The position numbers were made by a program, and so were the translations under genes. The notes under the pieces were generated by a model that did no database searches, was not told the DNA's origin, and worked only from the letters and a program-made list of their open reading frames with translations. 64,000 nt of DNA from a virus, in the IMG/VR virus record IMGVR_UViG_3300020183_004379, positions 19,409 through 83,408 of that record; one strand, 5' to 3'. Shown piece by piece: positions 47,539 to 58,597 of this stretch (within the stretch, counting starts at the first letter, position 1; each line of letters begins with the position of its first letter).

Positions 47539-49804
47539 TGCTGTCTATTGAAGGAATTACTGCCAAATTGGTTGTGGTGATATCAAATTCTAACTTGTCG
47601 TTACGATAGTCTACTGAAACTGTGTTGTTTGCCCCTAAACGATCAAAAAGAATTTTACGGCTCAGCGGAACTTTTACTAGATCATTAATTTTACGACTCA
47701 ACGGACGAGCACCCATCTTAGGATCAAACCCTTGGTCGATAATATGTTCAACCGCCGACTCTGATAATTTTACCCTAATGCCCTTGTCAATCAGCAACTC
47801 GTTCATTTCATTAATGAACTTGTTCACAATAAGGCGCATACTGCTCTTTTCTAATTTGTTAAACTTGCATATTGCGTCTAGTCTATTTCTAAACTCTGGT
47901 CTAAAATAATTTTTTACTGCCTTATCATCTTCGTCAGTTTTTTGTAAATCTCTGCCAAAGCCAATATTGTTTCTTTCGCTGTCTGCTGCACCAAGATTAC
48001 TGGTCATTATCACAATACAGTTACGGCAATCTGCTTTCTTGCCATTGCTGCTAGTAACAATGCCTTCATCCATGACAGTGAGCATGATGTTGCTAACATC
48101 AGGGTGAGCCTTTTCAATTTCGTCAAAAAGAATAATAGCATTAGGATTCTTTTCAATGTCACTAATCAACAAGCCGCCGCCCAGGTTACTGTCATCGTAT
48201 CCAACATAACCAGGTGGTGCGCCAATTAGCTTGGCTACACTGTGCTTTTCTTGATACTCACTCATGTCATAGCGTAACAATTTCATGCCTAAGAACTCAG
48301 CTAGCAATTTGGCAAGTTCAGTCTTACCAGTACCAGTAGGACCAGTAAACAAGAATGTACCAACTGGTTTATTCAATGGCTTTAACCCTGCTCGACTTAC
48401 ATAAATCTTTTCAAGCACCATTTCAACTGCATTATCTTGCCCATACAGTCTGCTCTTTACTTTTGATTCAAGATTTTGAATGTTGCTACTGTCGCTTTCA
48501 GCATCGCTGGTAAGTTGCTCAACTGGAATTTTTGTAAACTTGCTCAAACATTCAATGATGTTTTTTCGATCTACTGTCCAATTTGTTTGATAAATCTTGG
48601 CTTTGGCACAAGCAGTATCAATTAAATCAATTGCCTTGTCAGGCAATTTTTTATCGCTTTGATAACGCACACTCAGATCCACAGCACTTTCAATTGCATC
48701 GTCTGAAATATTGCCGCCGTGAAATTCTTCAAAGTGACCACGCAACCCGCGCAAGATATCTTTGGCCACAGCAGAAGTAGGCTCGTCAACAGTGAGTCTA
48801 TAGAATCGACGCATGAGCGCACGATCTTTTTCAAATGACTGCGTATATTCTTCCCATGTTGTTGACGCAATAACTTTAATGCGCCCTTTGGTCAGAGCTG
48901 GTTTAATCATGTTAGCAAAGTCAACGTTGCTACCTGATCCGGATCCTGCACCACGCATCTGGTGGGCTTCATCAATGAACAAAATTGTTTTGCCACGAAT
49001 ATTCAAAGCCTTGATAACATCTTTGAGTTTTTCTTCAAATTCTCCGCGATACTTACTGCCTGCGAGTAAACTACCAATATCAAGATTGTAAACTGTGTAG
49101 TCTTTTAGATAGTCAGGAACATCGCCCTCAATAATGCGTCGAGCTAGCCCTTCAGCGATAGCGGTCTTGCCAACACCTGCGTCGCCTACCATGAGAATGT
49201 TGCTTTTATTTCGCTTGGCAAGTACATGTGCTATTTCATCAAGCTCATGTTCGCGACCGATTACAGGGTCAATCTTGCCCTTGTCGGCTAACTCGTTGAG
49301 ATCGTCACAGTATTCTTTGAGCACTTCAATTGCTCGCTGCTTTGAGGCATTTTTTCTACTGTTGCCTTCTTTGTAGTTTTCGTTATAGAATTCAATTATC
49401 TTGGCCCGGTCGATGCCGTGTTTAATAATGAAATAAGCAGCATGACTGTTTTGTTCGCCTGTGATACTTAAAAATAAATCCATTACCTGCATGTGGTTAC
49501 GACCACTGAACAGCACCTGTGTGAGACTACGATTGAACACACGCTCTAATGCATGAGTTTTCTTTGGCTGCAGGTCCTCATCGTCGGTTAGATTACCATT
49601 GTCAAATCTACTGTTGAAACTGTCAATATCGCTTAGGATTGCATCAACATCTGTACCAAAGTTTTTAAGAAGGTCACCAAATGGACGATAATTGAGTATA
49701 GCGTACAATAGGTGTTCTAAAGTCACATATTCGTGTTTGTACCTTTTGGCATTATCGCCAGCAGCAGAAATAATTAGTTCAATTTCAGGATTAGCCTGTA
49801 TCAT
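47504..49804 (-). CDS. clpA: ClpA-like AAA+ unfoldase
   Basis: Clp-[27 protein letters not shown] (ClpP-docking) loop, [15 protein letters not shown]; no ClpB middle domain. Confidence 0.92.
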   Translation of the reverse strand: MIQANPEIELIISAAGDNAKRYKHEYVTLEHLLYAILNYRPFGDLLKNFGTDVDAILSDIDSFNSRFDNGNLTDDEDLQPKKTHALERVFNRSLTQVLFSGRNHMQVMDLFLSITGEQNSHAAYFIIKHGIDRAKIIEFYNENYKEGNSRKNASKQRAIEVLKEYCDDLNELADKGKIDPVIGREHELDEIAHVLAKRNKSNILMVGDAGVGKTAIAEGLARRIIEGDVPDYLKDYTVYNLDIGSLLAGSKYRGEFEEKLKDVIKALNIRGKTILFIDEAHQMRGAGSGSGSNVDFANMIKPALTKGRIKVIASTTWEEYTQSFEKDRALMRRFYRLTVDEPTSAVAKDILRGLRGHFEEFHGGNISDDAIESAVDLSVRYQSDKKLPDKAIDLIDTACAKAKIYQTNWTVDRKNIIECLSKFTKIPVEQLTSDAESDSSNIQNLESKVKSRLYGQDNAVEMVLEKIYVSRAGLKPLNKPVGTFLFTGPTGTGKTELAKLLAEFLGMKLLRYDMSEYQEKHSVAKLIGAPPGYVGYDDSNLGGGLLISDIEKNPNAIILFDEIEKAHPDVSNIMLTVMDEGIVTSSNGKKADCRNCIVIMTSNLGAADSERNNIGFGRDLQKTDEDDKAVKNYFRPEFRNRLDAICKFNKLEKSSMRLIVNKFINEMNELLIDKGIRVKLSESAVEHIIDQGFDPKMGARPLSRKINDLVKVPLSRKILFDRLGANNTVSVDYRNDKLEFDITTTNLAVIPSIDSNGYIVLDGIKS

Positions 49805-49827
49805 GCTTTGCCTTTAGATACAAATAT

Positions 49828-50661
49828 TTATAGAACTTGCTTTAATTGTTCAATTAGGTTAGCTGCCTGCGGATTGTTAACAATTGGCACAGTAAGCGAA
49901 ACCTCTACTATTAGATTACCACGACGCATGGTATTGATGTCATATAAACCTTGATTGGGTAGTCTCAGTCTTGCTCCAGGCTTGGTCCCAGCTGGTATAG
50001 AAAGCCTAAACACTTTGTTTTCAATGTTAGGCACATCCATGTCTGTACCGGTCATTGCATCCAAACAGTTTACATTGACTTTGTATATCAGGTCAATACC
50101 TTCTAGCTTAAATCTAGGGTCCTCTCTAACCAAAAAATTTATATATAAATCACCTCTTGGTATAGTGGCAAACATATTGTCACCTAAACCAGCATAACGC
50201 ATTTGGTGACCTGATGCTATACCACGAGGTATCTTTACTTCAACCGTTTGTCTTTCGCCGGTGGTGGTTTGCACACTGATAGTTTTGGTTTGATCATTGA
50301 GAGTGCTTTCTAGCTCTAGTTCAATTTGAATTCTAAGATCTTTATTTTTCCGATGCTGTTGCCGCATGTGGGCAAATGGGTCTGGGCCACCGCCGCCAAA
50401 ACCAAAAGAAGCAAAAATTTCATCAAGAGGATTGCCTTGACCAAAATGGAAATGAAAACCTTGATGTTGCGGTTGCGGATGATCGTACTCGTGGCGTTTT
50501 TGTGGATCGCCTAGGGTAGCATAGGCTTCTTGGATTTTTTGAAATTGGTTTTGATCGCCGCCGCGATCCGGATGATGCTCCATCGCCAGTTTGCGATAAG
50601 CTCTTTTGATATCTTCTTCGGATGCTCTCTTGGGAACACCTAGTACTGAGTAGTAGTCCAT
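49828..50661 (-). CDS. DnaJ/CbpA-type co-chaperone (no Zn finger)
   Basis: [10 protein letters not shown]-domain with HHPD; C-terminal DnaJ domain. Confidence 0.93.
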   Translation of the reverse strand: MDYYSVLGVPKRASEEDIKRAYRKLAMEHHPDRGGDQNQFQKIQEAYATLGDPQKRHEYDHPQPQHQGFHFHFGQGNPLDEIFASFGFGGGGPDPFAHMRQQHRKNKDLRIQIELELESTLNDQTKTISVQTTTGERQTVEVKIPRGIASGHQMRYAGLGDNMFATIPRGDLYINFLVREDPRFKLEGIDLIYKVNVNCLDAMTGTDMDVPNIENKVFRLSIPAGTKPGARLRLPNQGLYDINTMRRGNLIVEVSLTVPIVNNPQAANLIEQLKQVL

Positions 50662-50696
50662 GCGCATATTTTACATGTTAATATAACCATGTGTCA

Positions 50697-50727
50697 AGTG
50701 GAAATCCCTCGTAAGGCGATTTCCACT
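50697..50727 (-). terminator. stem-loop between holin-like gene and dnaJ promoter
   Basis: agtggaaatc...gatttccact 10-bp inverted repeat. Confidence 0.5.
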
Positions 50728-50755
50728 GACTGTTTATGCAATTACTTATAGGCTT

Positions 50756-51238
50756 TTAGGCCGAACCTGATACTTTTTCTTTGGTACGCCCATAAGCCGC
50801 AATACCAAGAACAGCACCCATGGCTATGTGGTATAAGCCTGCACCTTGCAAGGTGAGTGGTTGCCATTGGCTAGTAACTTGACCGCCTTGCAGTGTTTGC
50901 AAAATACTCCAGAGAATTGGGAATATCACAAAGTCAAATGTACAAGTGGTCATGTACAACCAACCCATGGCAGGACGCCATTTGTTGTTGATCCAGTCTG
51001 TGTTTGTGTTTGCCACTGTGCTTTCTGCTCCACCTGCTACTGCGGCAGCGGCACCTGCTGTACGATCAGGTGCATAACCTTGTGATGTGGCTTGAGTTGC
51101 TGGTGCAGCCTGAGCACTTGCTCCAAACCCGGGTGTTACTGCACCAAATCCTGCACTGGGTAACCCAGCTGGAATTCTGCTGTCGGCGTCGCCTGTGTCG
51201 CCTAGATCGCCAATTGGCGTTTTTCCAAATGCTGCCAT
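50756..51238 (-). CDS. holin-like protein (GTA 3TM holin family resemblance)
   Basis: KWRPAMGWLY, VLGIAAYGRTKEK; TM segments. Confidence 0.65.
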   Translation of the reverse strand: MAAFGKTPIGDLGDTGDADSRIPAGLPSAGFGAVTPGFGASAQAAPATQATSQGYAPDRTAGAAAAVAGGAESTVANTNTDWINNKWRPAMGWLYMTTCTFDFVIFPILWSILQTLQGGQVTSQWQPLTLQGAGLYHIAMGAVLGIAAYGRTKEKVSGSA

Positions 51239-51251
51239 TTTGATTGCTCCT

Positions 51252-51368
51252 TTATGTTTTCTTGAATGCTGCTAAAATTTTTGCCTGTATAGTTTTGGCA
51301 AATTCAGGCTGGGGGAAATTCCAACCAATGAATGCGCCAATTGCTAACCAAAATAATGTTTCAAGCAT
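51252..51368 (-). CDS. small membrane peptide (below cutoff)
   Basis: MLETLFWLAIGAFIGWNFPQP...; AGGAG SD. Confidence 0.6.
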   Translation of the reverse strand: MLETLFWLAIGAFIGWNFPQPEFAKTIQAKILAAFKKT

Positions 51369-51380
51369 GGTACTACTCCT

Positions 51381-51944
51381 TTATAGAAATAAAAACACAC
51401 CCTGGGCACTTAAAACCAACCCAGCTGCGGCCACCACAAAACTGCCCCAGAACATGGGCATGCTGACAGCCAAGATGCTGGCAGACAGCACCACGATGGC
51501 CAACTGGTATGCAGTGCTGGCATAGCCAATCCAGGGAGATCCTTTCTTAGCTTCATCACGCAGTCGCTCCATCTCACGAGCTTTTTCCATGATTTCTTTT
51601 TTGTCTGCATCCATGCGCTCTTTTTCAGCCCAGAATTCTTTTTTGAGTTTTGGATCGTTTATAGTTTTGGAAGCGATTTCATAGCTTACACCACGACCAT
51701 TTTTTGCTTGATAATAGGACCATAAATTGTTGGCGCCCAAGGTGTTGTTTAGCACTGTAGAACTTAACTTACCACCGTACCAGGCGTTCACTGCCAGCAG
51801 CAGTGCGAACACAGAAATCACCATGCCTGCCTTGTCTTTGATTTTGGCTTCACGCTCACTACGGCTGCCAGGAGCCGGTTTTGGTGCGCTGTCGTCTTTG
51901 GGTTCTTTGTTAATTAATTTGAGAATAGAATCTTGTATTGCCAT
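51381..51944 (-). CDS. DUF4337-like membrane protein
   Basis: WSYYQAK, QLAIVVLSASIL; 3 TM segments. Confidence 0.7.
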   Translation of the reverse strand: MAIQDSILKLINKEPKDDSAPKPAPGSRSEREAKIKDKAGMVISVFALLLAVNAWYGGKLSSTVLNNTLGANNLWSYYQAKNGRGVSYEIASKTINDPKLKKEFWAEKERMDADKKEIMEKAREMERLRDEAKKGSPWIGYASTAYQLAIVVLSASILAVSMPMFWGSFVVAAAGLVLSAQGVFLFL

Positions 51945-51955
51945 TGTTATACTCC

Positions 51956-52210
51956 CTAAACTGTTTGTGCTTCTGCTATGATAGCAGACAATACACCATT
52001 AAGATCATCCTTTTTTAGAATTTCGTCTGGCGTGGCTGTTACGCTGGTCATTTTCATCATTTCTGTGAACATGTGTGTAAGTGCTGGCTCGGGCATTTCT
52101 TTGCTTTCAAAAAGACGCACAAGATTCTTTGCCTTGAATGCAATGTCGCCTAACCACCCGCCCATGTTGTAGTACATGTCTAGGTTGTCTTTGTGAGATG
52201 ATGTAATCAT
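51956..52210 (-). CDS. small hypothetical protein
   Basis: Packed ORF. Confidence 0.6.
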   Translation of the reverse strand: MITSSHKDNLDMYYNMGGWLGDIAFKAKNLVRLFESKEMPEPALTHMFTEMMKMTSVTATPDEILKKDDLNGVLSAIIAEAQTV

Positions 52211-52222
52211 AATTATTTTACC

Positions 52223-52486
52223 TTATACGCTGGATAGTAAGCTGGCTGCGTTTAACACAGCAGAACAAATACTATTTAATCTTTCTTTGGCAGCCAAATC
52301 ATCGCACTGTGCGTTGATCAAGTTTTCTACCTGCAGGTCAGCAACTAATTCTTGGTATTCGTCGCTACTCATTCTACCTGCCTGAAACTCCATGGTATAC
52401 TCGGATAGCATGCTAGCAGCCTGCGCCATACGAGGATCCTGTGTTTCAGTACCATGCACACTGTCTAGTATGTCTTGTGCTTTCAT
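52223..52486 (-). CDS. small helical hypothetical protein
   Basis: ATGA-coupled. Confidence 0.65.
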   Translation of the reverse strand: MKAQDILDSVHGTETQDPRMAQAASMLSEYTMEFQAGRMSSDEYQELVADLQVENLINAQCDDLAAKERLNSICSAVLNAASLLSSV

Positions 52487-52893
52487 CTTGGCTTTGCTCC
52501 TATTACTTTTTGTATGTTTTCTGCGCTGCGTTCAATGGCTGCAAATTTTGCCTTGCAGTAAACAGCACCAGGCGGTTTGTCGCCTTGATATCTTTTATAA
52601 AACTCGTTGGTAATTGTTGTCAAGGTACTGGCCAATTGAAAACTGTTTTCATTGCGTGGAATCATTTCTGCATAATTCTTGTACTCTTGAGACACCACAT
52701 GAATATATTTAACATGTTCTACAACATCATCTGTGCCGCACTTGGGAGTACCCAACTGTGCATGAGTGCGAATGCGAGTGATATATTGATATTCGTTAAC
52801 ATCAAATTTGGCCATGAAATAGCTGTCCCACACATTTTTAACTGTGGAACAGCCAGTGAGCATGACCAATGACAACACTATTAGTATTCTCAT
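52483..52893 (-). CDS. lipoprotein
   Basis: Lipobox MLTGC. Confidence 0.75.
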   Translation of the reverse strand: MRILIVLSLVMLTGCSTVKNVWDSYFMAKFDVNEYQYITRIRTHAQLGTPKCGTDDVVEHVKYIHVVSQEYKNYAEMIPRNENSFQLASTLTTITNEFYKRYQGDKPPGAVYCKAKFAAIERSAENIQKVIGAKPR

Positions 52894-53153
52894 TTCACAC
52901 TCTCATAGATTTGTTTTTGTGTTTTATGCCATTCGATCCATCCATCTGTTTTGACTTTGCACTCGTGATACTTGCTGTAGTTTTTGACCACCACTTCAAG
53001 AATTTTACTCAACTGTGTGGTGCCTTCAGTTGTTTGTTCTAACTCAGCACAAGTTGTAGTAAGTTCTGCCGGTGCATCAGGAAACTTCATTACCACTGGC
53101 ACAGTGGTTGAACATCCTGTTAACAACAACAAAGGTAGCAGTAGGTATTTCAT
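52890..53153 (-). CDS. o-spanin (Rz1-like) lipoprotein
   Basis: Lipobox LLTGC, Pro-rich segment, two further Cys; follows i-spanin candidate. Confidence 0.7.
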   Translation of the reverse strand: MKYLLLPLLLLTGCSTTVPVVMKFPDAPAELTTTCAELEQTTEGTTQLSKILEVVVKNYSKYHECKVKTDGWIEWHKTQKQIYESVK

Positions 53154-53623
53154 TTGTCCTCCTCCTTGGTATGATCAGTAGCTGCTTTGTTTAGTATGTC
53201 AATGGCTTCAGAATCAACTTCGCACTTGGCATCAATTATTTTTTCTACTTCCTTGATACGATCAATGTATTCAATTTCTTTTTGCTTGATCACCTTGGTC
53301 TTGTACACAATCTTTTCTTGTATGACAGTGTTTACTTGCGCACTCTTGGCTTCAGCTTCTTGAACTTTCTTTTCAAGTTCGGCCACACGCTCGCGCCAGC
53401 CTAGTTCCGTACCTAGTCCACCAATCAAGAAAGCACCGGCGCCATAAGCCAGTATACCAACCACTTGAGTAGGAAAACGATATTTACTGATAAATGGTAT
53501 GAAACTTACAAACCAGCTGATTAATATCAGAGCAACGCCTGCAAAGAAACAGCCGTAAAAAATTAGCATGAGCAGACTATCAGGTAACCAGCTGACCATC
53601 CAACTTATAGTTGACCAACTCAT
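53150..53623 (-). CDS. i-spanin (Rz-like)
   Basis: N-terminal TMs, periplasmic coiled coil, C-terminal Cys; directly after endolysin. Confidence 0.65.
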   Translation of the reverse strand: MSWSTISWMVSWLPDSLLMLIFYGCFFAGVALILISWFVSFIPFISKYRFPTQVVGILAYGAGAFLIGGLGTELGWRERVAELEKKVQEAEAKSAQVNTVIQEKIVYKTKVIKQKEIEYIDRIKEVEKIIDAKCEVDSEAIDILNKAATDHTKEEDK

Positions 53624-53624
53624 A

Positions 53625-54254
53625 TTAATGGCCTTTCAGAACATGCATGGCGTGAGTGATATGTTTGATTCTATCCTCAAGACCAATGTATCCACCATTT
53701 ATTTTTTTGGTCAAAAGTTTGACATCCATCTTGTCTGCTTGAGCATTTAGGTTGTTAGCTTCCCAGAACCAGCAGGCACTTTGTACAGCACCTTCATATG
53801 TTTCCAAGAACTTGACAGTTTCATCTACAGTTTCTTCGATGCTCATGGCAAAGTTTTCATAGTTGTTTTTACCAGTGAGCTGGATCAAGCCACGACCGCG
53901 ATATTTCCATCCATCACCGGACGCTTCATCACTGTTGCCCATGCGACTGGCGTACACTCGATTGGCAATTTTTTCTGGGTTACGAGCATAGGGTTTGGCC
54001 GATTCAACAGTAGGAAAGTATTTCTTGAATATTTTGTTCAAGCCGTCTGCGGAATAGTTTAGATTCTCACGCAGGAATCTGTAGTTGCCACTTTCGTGTG
54101 CTGTTTGCCCTAACCAGCAAGCCACACGCTCGGGTGTGTCAATTTCATAGTCGGGTAGAATGGCGCGAATGGCCAAAAACCATTGATCCACATGTGGGGC
54201 TCTGACCAGTATCTGTCTAAGTTTTGCTTCAGTGAATTCAAATTTGAAACTCAT
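53625..54254 (-). CDS. GH19 (chitinase-like) endolysin
   Basis: QTAHESG, ENLNYS, YRGRGLIQLTGK.NY, INGG..GLEDR. Confidence 0.92.
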   Translation of the reverse strand: MSFKFEFTEAKLRQILVRAPHVDQWFLAIRAILPDYEIDTPERVACWLGQTAHESGNYRFLRENLNYSADGLNKIFKKYFPTVESAKPYARNPEKIANRVYASRMGNSDEASGDGWKYRGRGLIQLTGKNNYENFAMSIEETVDETVKFLETYEGAVQSACWFWEANNLNAQADKMDVKLLTKKINGGYIGLEDRIKHITHAMHVLKGH

Positions 54255-54263
54255 AATTGCTCC

Positions 54264-54794
54264 TTAAAGTATGCCTGCTGCTACTCGCAGGCTTTCGGTA
54301 AAATCGTTTTTAGGTGCCTTGGTGTCGACATTCAGGCCAGCAGCAGTTTTCAGCTGATCAATTTCTTGCTTGCCATACATGCGTTTGTATTCTTCAACGC
54401 TATGCGGAATAACTCTCTTGAGTGTTTCTAGTTCTAGAGGATGCTCTATAGATTGTCGACGATATTTCACTCTGTAATCCTCCAACTTTTGTTCAGTTAG
54501 ATTCATGAGATCAGTCATAAGTTGTAAGATGTTATCCGCACAGTTGTTGTCTCTTGGAAGTTCTACAAACACTATAAAGTCGCCATCTGCCATTTCTCCA
54601 GGACTTACATCTGCGTCAAGCACCCAGTCATATCCTTTTTCTATAAACGCACAAATATCTTGGCCAGGTTCTTTGCCTGCTACCTTGAGGCTTACCACTA
54701 CCACATCCTCATTATTGCCTAGTTTGCTTGAAAACTCGTCAATGTGTAGCTCGTCGTGTACCAATCGTTTTAGATCGCCGTATTCGAGGCTCAT
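54264..54794 (-). CDS. phage hypothetical protein
   Basis: Packed ORF with GGAGG SD. Confidence 0.75.
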   Translation of the reverse strand: MSLEYGDLKRLVHDELHIDEFSSKLGNNEDVVVVSLKVAGKEPGQDICAFIEKGYDWVLDADVSPGEMADGDFIVFVELPRDNNCADNILQLMTDLMNLTEQKLEDYRVKYRRQSIEHPLELETLKRVIPHSVEEYKRMYGKQEIDQLKTAAGLNVDTKAPKNDFTESLRVAAGIL

Positions 54795-55339
54795 ACTTGA
54801 CCTCCAGTAACTGGTTGTTCTGCACTGTTCTGATTTTCTTCTGTCCGATTAACATCATCGTCGGCACCTGCTTCGTAGGCCTGATCAATATCTTGCATGT
54901 CAATCACATCATCTTCTAGTTCCAAACTGCCTTGATTTATTTCTGTAATCAGGCGTTTGGGCATGACTAGTTCAACTAACCAAATTGGTTTGCTATCCAT
55001 GCGTGGATATTTGGTACCAGGCTCGTAGTCGTCTGGACTTTCTACTCGACGAGGAGATTCTAATCTATCACGCTTGTAACGGATTTCGATATCGTATTCT
55101 GTCAATCGCTCAGCTCCGCGAGGATCTGGCATGAGTTTGTAAGGCCACATAAAAATGCAAGTTACAAAATATTTTTCAATGGTAGGACCTTCTACCAGCT
55201 CGCCCTTTTTCCAGTTGCGAAATGCATATAAATCTAATTCATCAAGCACACGCTCAAAGTCCAACAAGGTATTAAGGACACTATCTGTCATATAGATGTC
55301 CTTGGTATTTTCAATGATGTCCTTGAGTGAAGCTGGCAT
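54791..55339 (-). CDS. phage hypothetical protein (late)
   Basis: LLDFERVLDELDLY; TAAATA at 55355-55360. Confidence 0.75.
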   Translation of the reverse strand: MPASLKDIIENTKDIYMTDSVLNTLLDFERVLDELDLYAFRNWKKGELVEGPTIEKYFVTCIFMWPYKLMPDPRGAERLTEYDIEIRYKRDRLESPRRVESPDDYEPGTKYPRMDSKPIWLVELVMPKRLITEINQGSLELEDDVIDMQDIDQAYEAGADDDVNRTEENQNSAEQPVTGGQV

Positions 55340-55357
55340 TTTATCTCCGTAGTGTAT

Positions 55358-56113
55358 TTATTTTGTTTTATTGATGATGCTCAAACGCTTCATCAATTGG
55401 CGCCAGCTGTTTGTTACAACTTCGTTGCTGCGTGAAACTTCACTGCCTAGGAAATCTATAACTTTAACAATGGCAGCGTCGGTATTGCCATGCTCTGGAA
55501 TGCATAGTTCTTTGAAATCAATTGGGATGAATGATTGACTTGCAGGTTCAAATACTTCTTTATGATGATAATAACTGATATCATAGGGCCACACATTGTG
55601 CCCTCTGCTCAACAGGTTTAGTAGCAAAGTAAGTCTAGGATCTGAATAACTTTGAGGGTCTTTAAGCAGCTCCATAAAATCCAAATCTGGATCATTATGC
55701 ACATTTTTCACAAAGTTAATGAAATAATCATCCACGAACAAGTGGCCCATACTTTTGAATTGGTCTTCATACACATGATTCCAGGCCATTTGCAAATAGT
55801 CTTGTCTGTTGCAAACTACCTGTATGATTTTGCAGTTGCTAAATTTTTGTCTGATTGTTTCTGCTGACAAGCTGGAAAATCTAACTGGTATATCAGACTC
55901 TGCTTGTGGTAATCCAAGTAATTGTTTTACATCCAATGCACCCTGAGCAAATAAAACATCCTGTTTGTTGGCGTAATCTGGCACCACTGGAGTAGCCCAG
56001 TCTGGTGTTTCAGATGCAGGATTTACTGCGTAATCAATCAACAGACTTAATTGTTTTGCCAGTCCGCCGGGCGGTGCACAAACTATGATATGGTACTTGC
56101 TGTTAGGTGTCAT
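55358..56113 (-). CDS. hypothetical protein, possibly degenerate P-loop/sulfotransferase fold
   Basis: IIVCAPPGG near N-terminus; TAAATA at 56132-56137. Confidence 0.55.
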   Translation of the reverse strand: MTPNSKYHIIVCAPPGGLAKQLSLLIDYAVNPASETPDWATPVVPDYANKQDVLFAQGALDVKQLLGLPQAESDIPVRFSSLSAETIRQKFSNCKIIQVVCNRQDYLQMAWNHVYEDQFKSMGHLFVDDYFINFVKNVHNDPDLDFMELLKDPQSYSDPRLTLLLNLLSRGHNVWPYDISYYHHKEVFEPASQSFIPIDFKELCIPEHGNTDAAIVKVIDFLGSEVSRSNEVVTNSWRQLMKRLSIINKTK

Positions 56114-56331
56114 GATAAAGCCCTCTACGGGTATTTATCAACGAACACAGTTGTTGTTGGATCTACTAAAACCTTAGTGGTAGCCTAATACTTAGCTTGA
56201 TTTTACCTAAAGAAACAGTACACTTATCTAGTAGCAAGTATGTCCGTAAATATTTGTGTAGACTTGTGTGGCAAGTCTAGCTTGCTAATATGACAAACTC
56301 TACAACAACATCAATCACAGGAGAGTTACCC

Positions 56332-57063
56332 TTGAGTAAGAGGAAAAATAGACTGGCACTTCAGCCCGTCCATGCAGATAACACAATAAGTTTCAAAGAA
56401 TACAGTTATCAAAGAAAAGACCCAGTATTAATTCCAAAAAGTCGTAATCAAGAAATCTACATTGATCTACTCAAAGACGATGAGCGTAAAATCGTGTTTG
56501 CCACAGGTCCAGCGGGTACAGGTAAAACCATGCTGGCAGTTGTAGCAGCGGTTAGGGCTCTGCGTTCAGGGCAGGTAAACAAGCTGGTAATCACTCGTCC
56601 AGCTGTGGGTGTGGATGACGAAAAACATGGTTTTTTACCTGGCGATATCAATGCTAAAATGGAACCATGGATTCGACCAATATTTGACATTTTGAAGGAG
56701 TACTACAAACCACAGGAAGTCACTCGTATGCTAGAAGATCAATTGATAGAGATTTCTCCACTGGCATACATGCGAGGGCGGACATTTAAGAACGCATGGA
56801 TCATCGCAGATGAAATGCAAAACGCCACACCAGGGCAAATGAAGATGCTGCTTACTCGTTTAGGTGAAGGTTCTAAAATAGTGGTTACCGGCGACACTCG
56901 CCAGGCCGACCGCGCTGACCCAGACAACGGATTACTGGATTTTAGGCGTTTGGTTGAGCAGTACGCTCAAAGCCAATATGTGGCCGGAATCGAACTGTCA
57001 AGCAGGGACATTCATAGACATCCTGCAGTTGTGGAGGTGTTAAAAATTTACAAAGAAATCTAA
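56332..57063 (+). CDS. phoH: PhoH-family ATPase (probable TTG start after AGGAG)
   Basis: GPAGTGKT, ITRP, GFLPGD, YMRGRTF, DEMQN, LTRLG, TGD..Q, RH. Confidence 0.95.
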   Translation: MSKRKNRLALQPVHADNTISFKEYSYQRKDPVLIPKSRNQEIYIDLLKDDERKIVFATGPAGTGKTMLAVVAAVRALRSGQVNKLVITRPAVGVDDEKHGFLPGDINAKMEPWIRPIFDILKEYYKPQEVTRMLEDQLIEISPLAYMRGRTFKNAWIIADEMQNATPGQMKMLLTRLGEGSKIVVTGDTRQADRADPDNGLLDFRRLVEQYAQSQYVAGIELSSRDIHRHPAVVEVLKIYKEI

Positions 57064-57078
57064 ATTCTTAAATACTGG

Positions 57079-58089
57079 ATGATAACAATCCAGGAGGTTA
57101 GAGAGGTACATCTAGAGCTTACTACCAATTGTAATGCTAGTTGTCCTCTTTGCCCAAGAAATTTTTTTGGATTCCCGTATAATGCAGGATATCCTATAAC
57201 CGAACTCTCGTTGGCCGATATACAGAAAATATTCAGCCCTGCTTTCATTTCTCAACTGCGCCAGGTCAAGATCAATGGCAACCTGGGCGACTTCATGCTT
57301 GCACATGATGGACTTAAAATAGTTGAATACTTTAGAGCGCAAAATCCCACAAGTCTAATTGATATCAGTACCAATGGCAGTGCAAGGAACACAACCTATT
57401 GGCAACAGTTAGCAGAGTACAAGCCGATAGTGCGATTTGCCCTGGACGGGCTCGAGGACACTCATAGCTTGTATCGCAAGGACACCAATTTTAATACCAT
57501 ACTAAAAAATGCCACTGCTTACATACAAGCAGGCGGCGATGCTGTGTGGAAGATGGTGTTGTTTGATCATAATAAACATCAAGTAGAGCAGGCCATGCAC
57601 ATGAGCAAACAACTGGGATTCGCCGATTTTGAATTGGTAAATCATGGCCGCGACCGTGGGCCAGTTTACAACAGAGAAGGTAACCTGGCTTATGTGATTG
57701 GTAAACCCTATCACGATGTACAGGAGTCCGTGATCACATTCATGGATAACACAAGATATTATAACGGTCGCTATTGGCATTATCGATCAAGATCGCCAGC
57801 CAGCAATCTCAACTGCCAGACCATGAGCAAAAGAAAAACAATCTACATAGCTGCGGATGGGTCTGTTTATCCCTGTTGCTGGACCGGATTCTATCCGCGC
57901 ACCTTTGATTCTGCTCTCATGCAGGGCAATGATCGCATAAAAGAATTGTTAGGAGATTTTAATAACAACGCTCTACAAAGACCGCTGGAAGAGTGCCTGC
58001 AATGGTTTGGACGCATTCAACAAGCATGGAAAGCAGAAACCTATGAACAAGGAAGGCCCTTTGTTTGCGATAGAGCCTGTTCAGTCTAG
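57079..58089 (+). CDS. radical SAM / SPASM-type protein
   Basis: CNASCPLC (CxxxCxxC), STNG, DG.VYPCC, C-terminal CDRAC. Confidence 0.88.
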   Translation: MITIQEVREVHLELTTNCNASCPLCPRNFFGFPYNAGYPITELSLADIQKIFSPAFISQLRQVKINGNLGDFMLAHDGLKIVEYFRAQNPTSLIDISTNGSARNTTYWQQLAEYKPIVRFALDGLEDTHSLYRKDTNFNTILKNATAYIQAGGDAVWKMVLFDHNKHQVEQAMHMSKQLGFADFELVNHGRDRGPVYNREGNLAYVIGKPYHDVQESVITFMDNTRYYNGRYWHYRSRSPASNLNCQTMSKRKTIYIAADGSVYPCCWTGFYPRTFDSALMQGNDRIKELLGDFNNNALQRPLEECLQWFGRIQQAWKAETYEQGRPFVCDRACSV

Positions 58090-58566
58090 TGCCAACAGTG
58101 TTTGTATGGTTGGTGTAACATCATACTGATGGTGTATGGCGATTCCGCCCACAGCCGCCCACTCCTCAATGTTACTACGACGATCATCAATCAAGATGTC
58201 GCCTGGTTGGCAATGCACATGTTTGTCTTTGCTGTAAGGACCAAAGTGAACAGGAATGCCAGGATAGTATTTTTCAACCCATTGAACTTTGTCATAGAAT
58301 GACCAGTGCATGTCATTGTCCTTGGGCACAGCAGTAAGAAACATCAATTGATATCCTTTGTCTGCGCAAAACTTTTTACAAGTATCTACCAAGGTATCTG
58401 CGTAGGTTGTTTTTGGCAAGTCCCTGTACAGTCTATCGTTTGAAGCAATAAGTGCCCAGTCTGCGTCTGCATAAAGACCTCCGCTAGGAGGTAAACCCGC
58501 CACAGCATGAGCATAGCTATCAAAGTCGGCAACCACGCCGTCCATGTCTAGATATAGTGTTTTCAT
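58081..58566 (-). CDS. HAD-family 5'(3')-deoxyribonucleotidase
   Basis: LDMDGVVADF, FLTA, ILIDDR..N; start trimmed to MKTLY. Confidence 0.88.
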   Translation of the reverse strand: MKTLYLDMDGVVADFDSYAHAVAGLPPSGGLYADADWALIASNDRLYRDLPKTTYADTLVDTCKKFCADKGYQLMFLTAVPKDNDMHWSFYDKVQWVEKYYPGIPVHFGPYSKDKHVHCQPGDILIDDRRSNIEEWAAVGGIAIHHQYDVTPTIQTLLALD

Positions 58567-58574
58567 GAAAATTG

Positions 58575-58594
58575 AAAAGGGGCCGAAGCCCCTT
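58575..58594 (-). terminator. intrinsic terminator after dnaK
   Basis: AAGGGGC-TTCG-GCCCCTTTT (UUCG tetraloop). Confidence 0.85.
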
Positions 58595-58597
58595 GTT

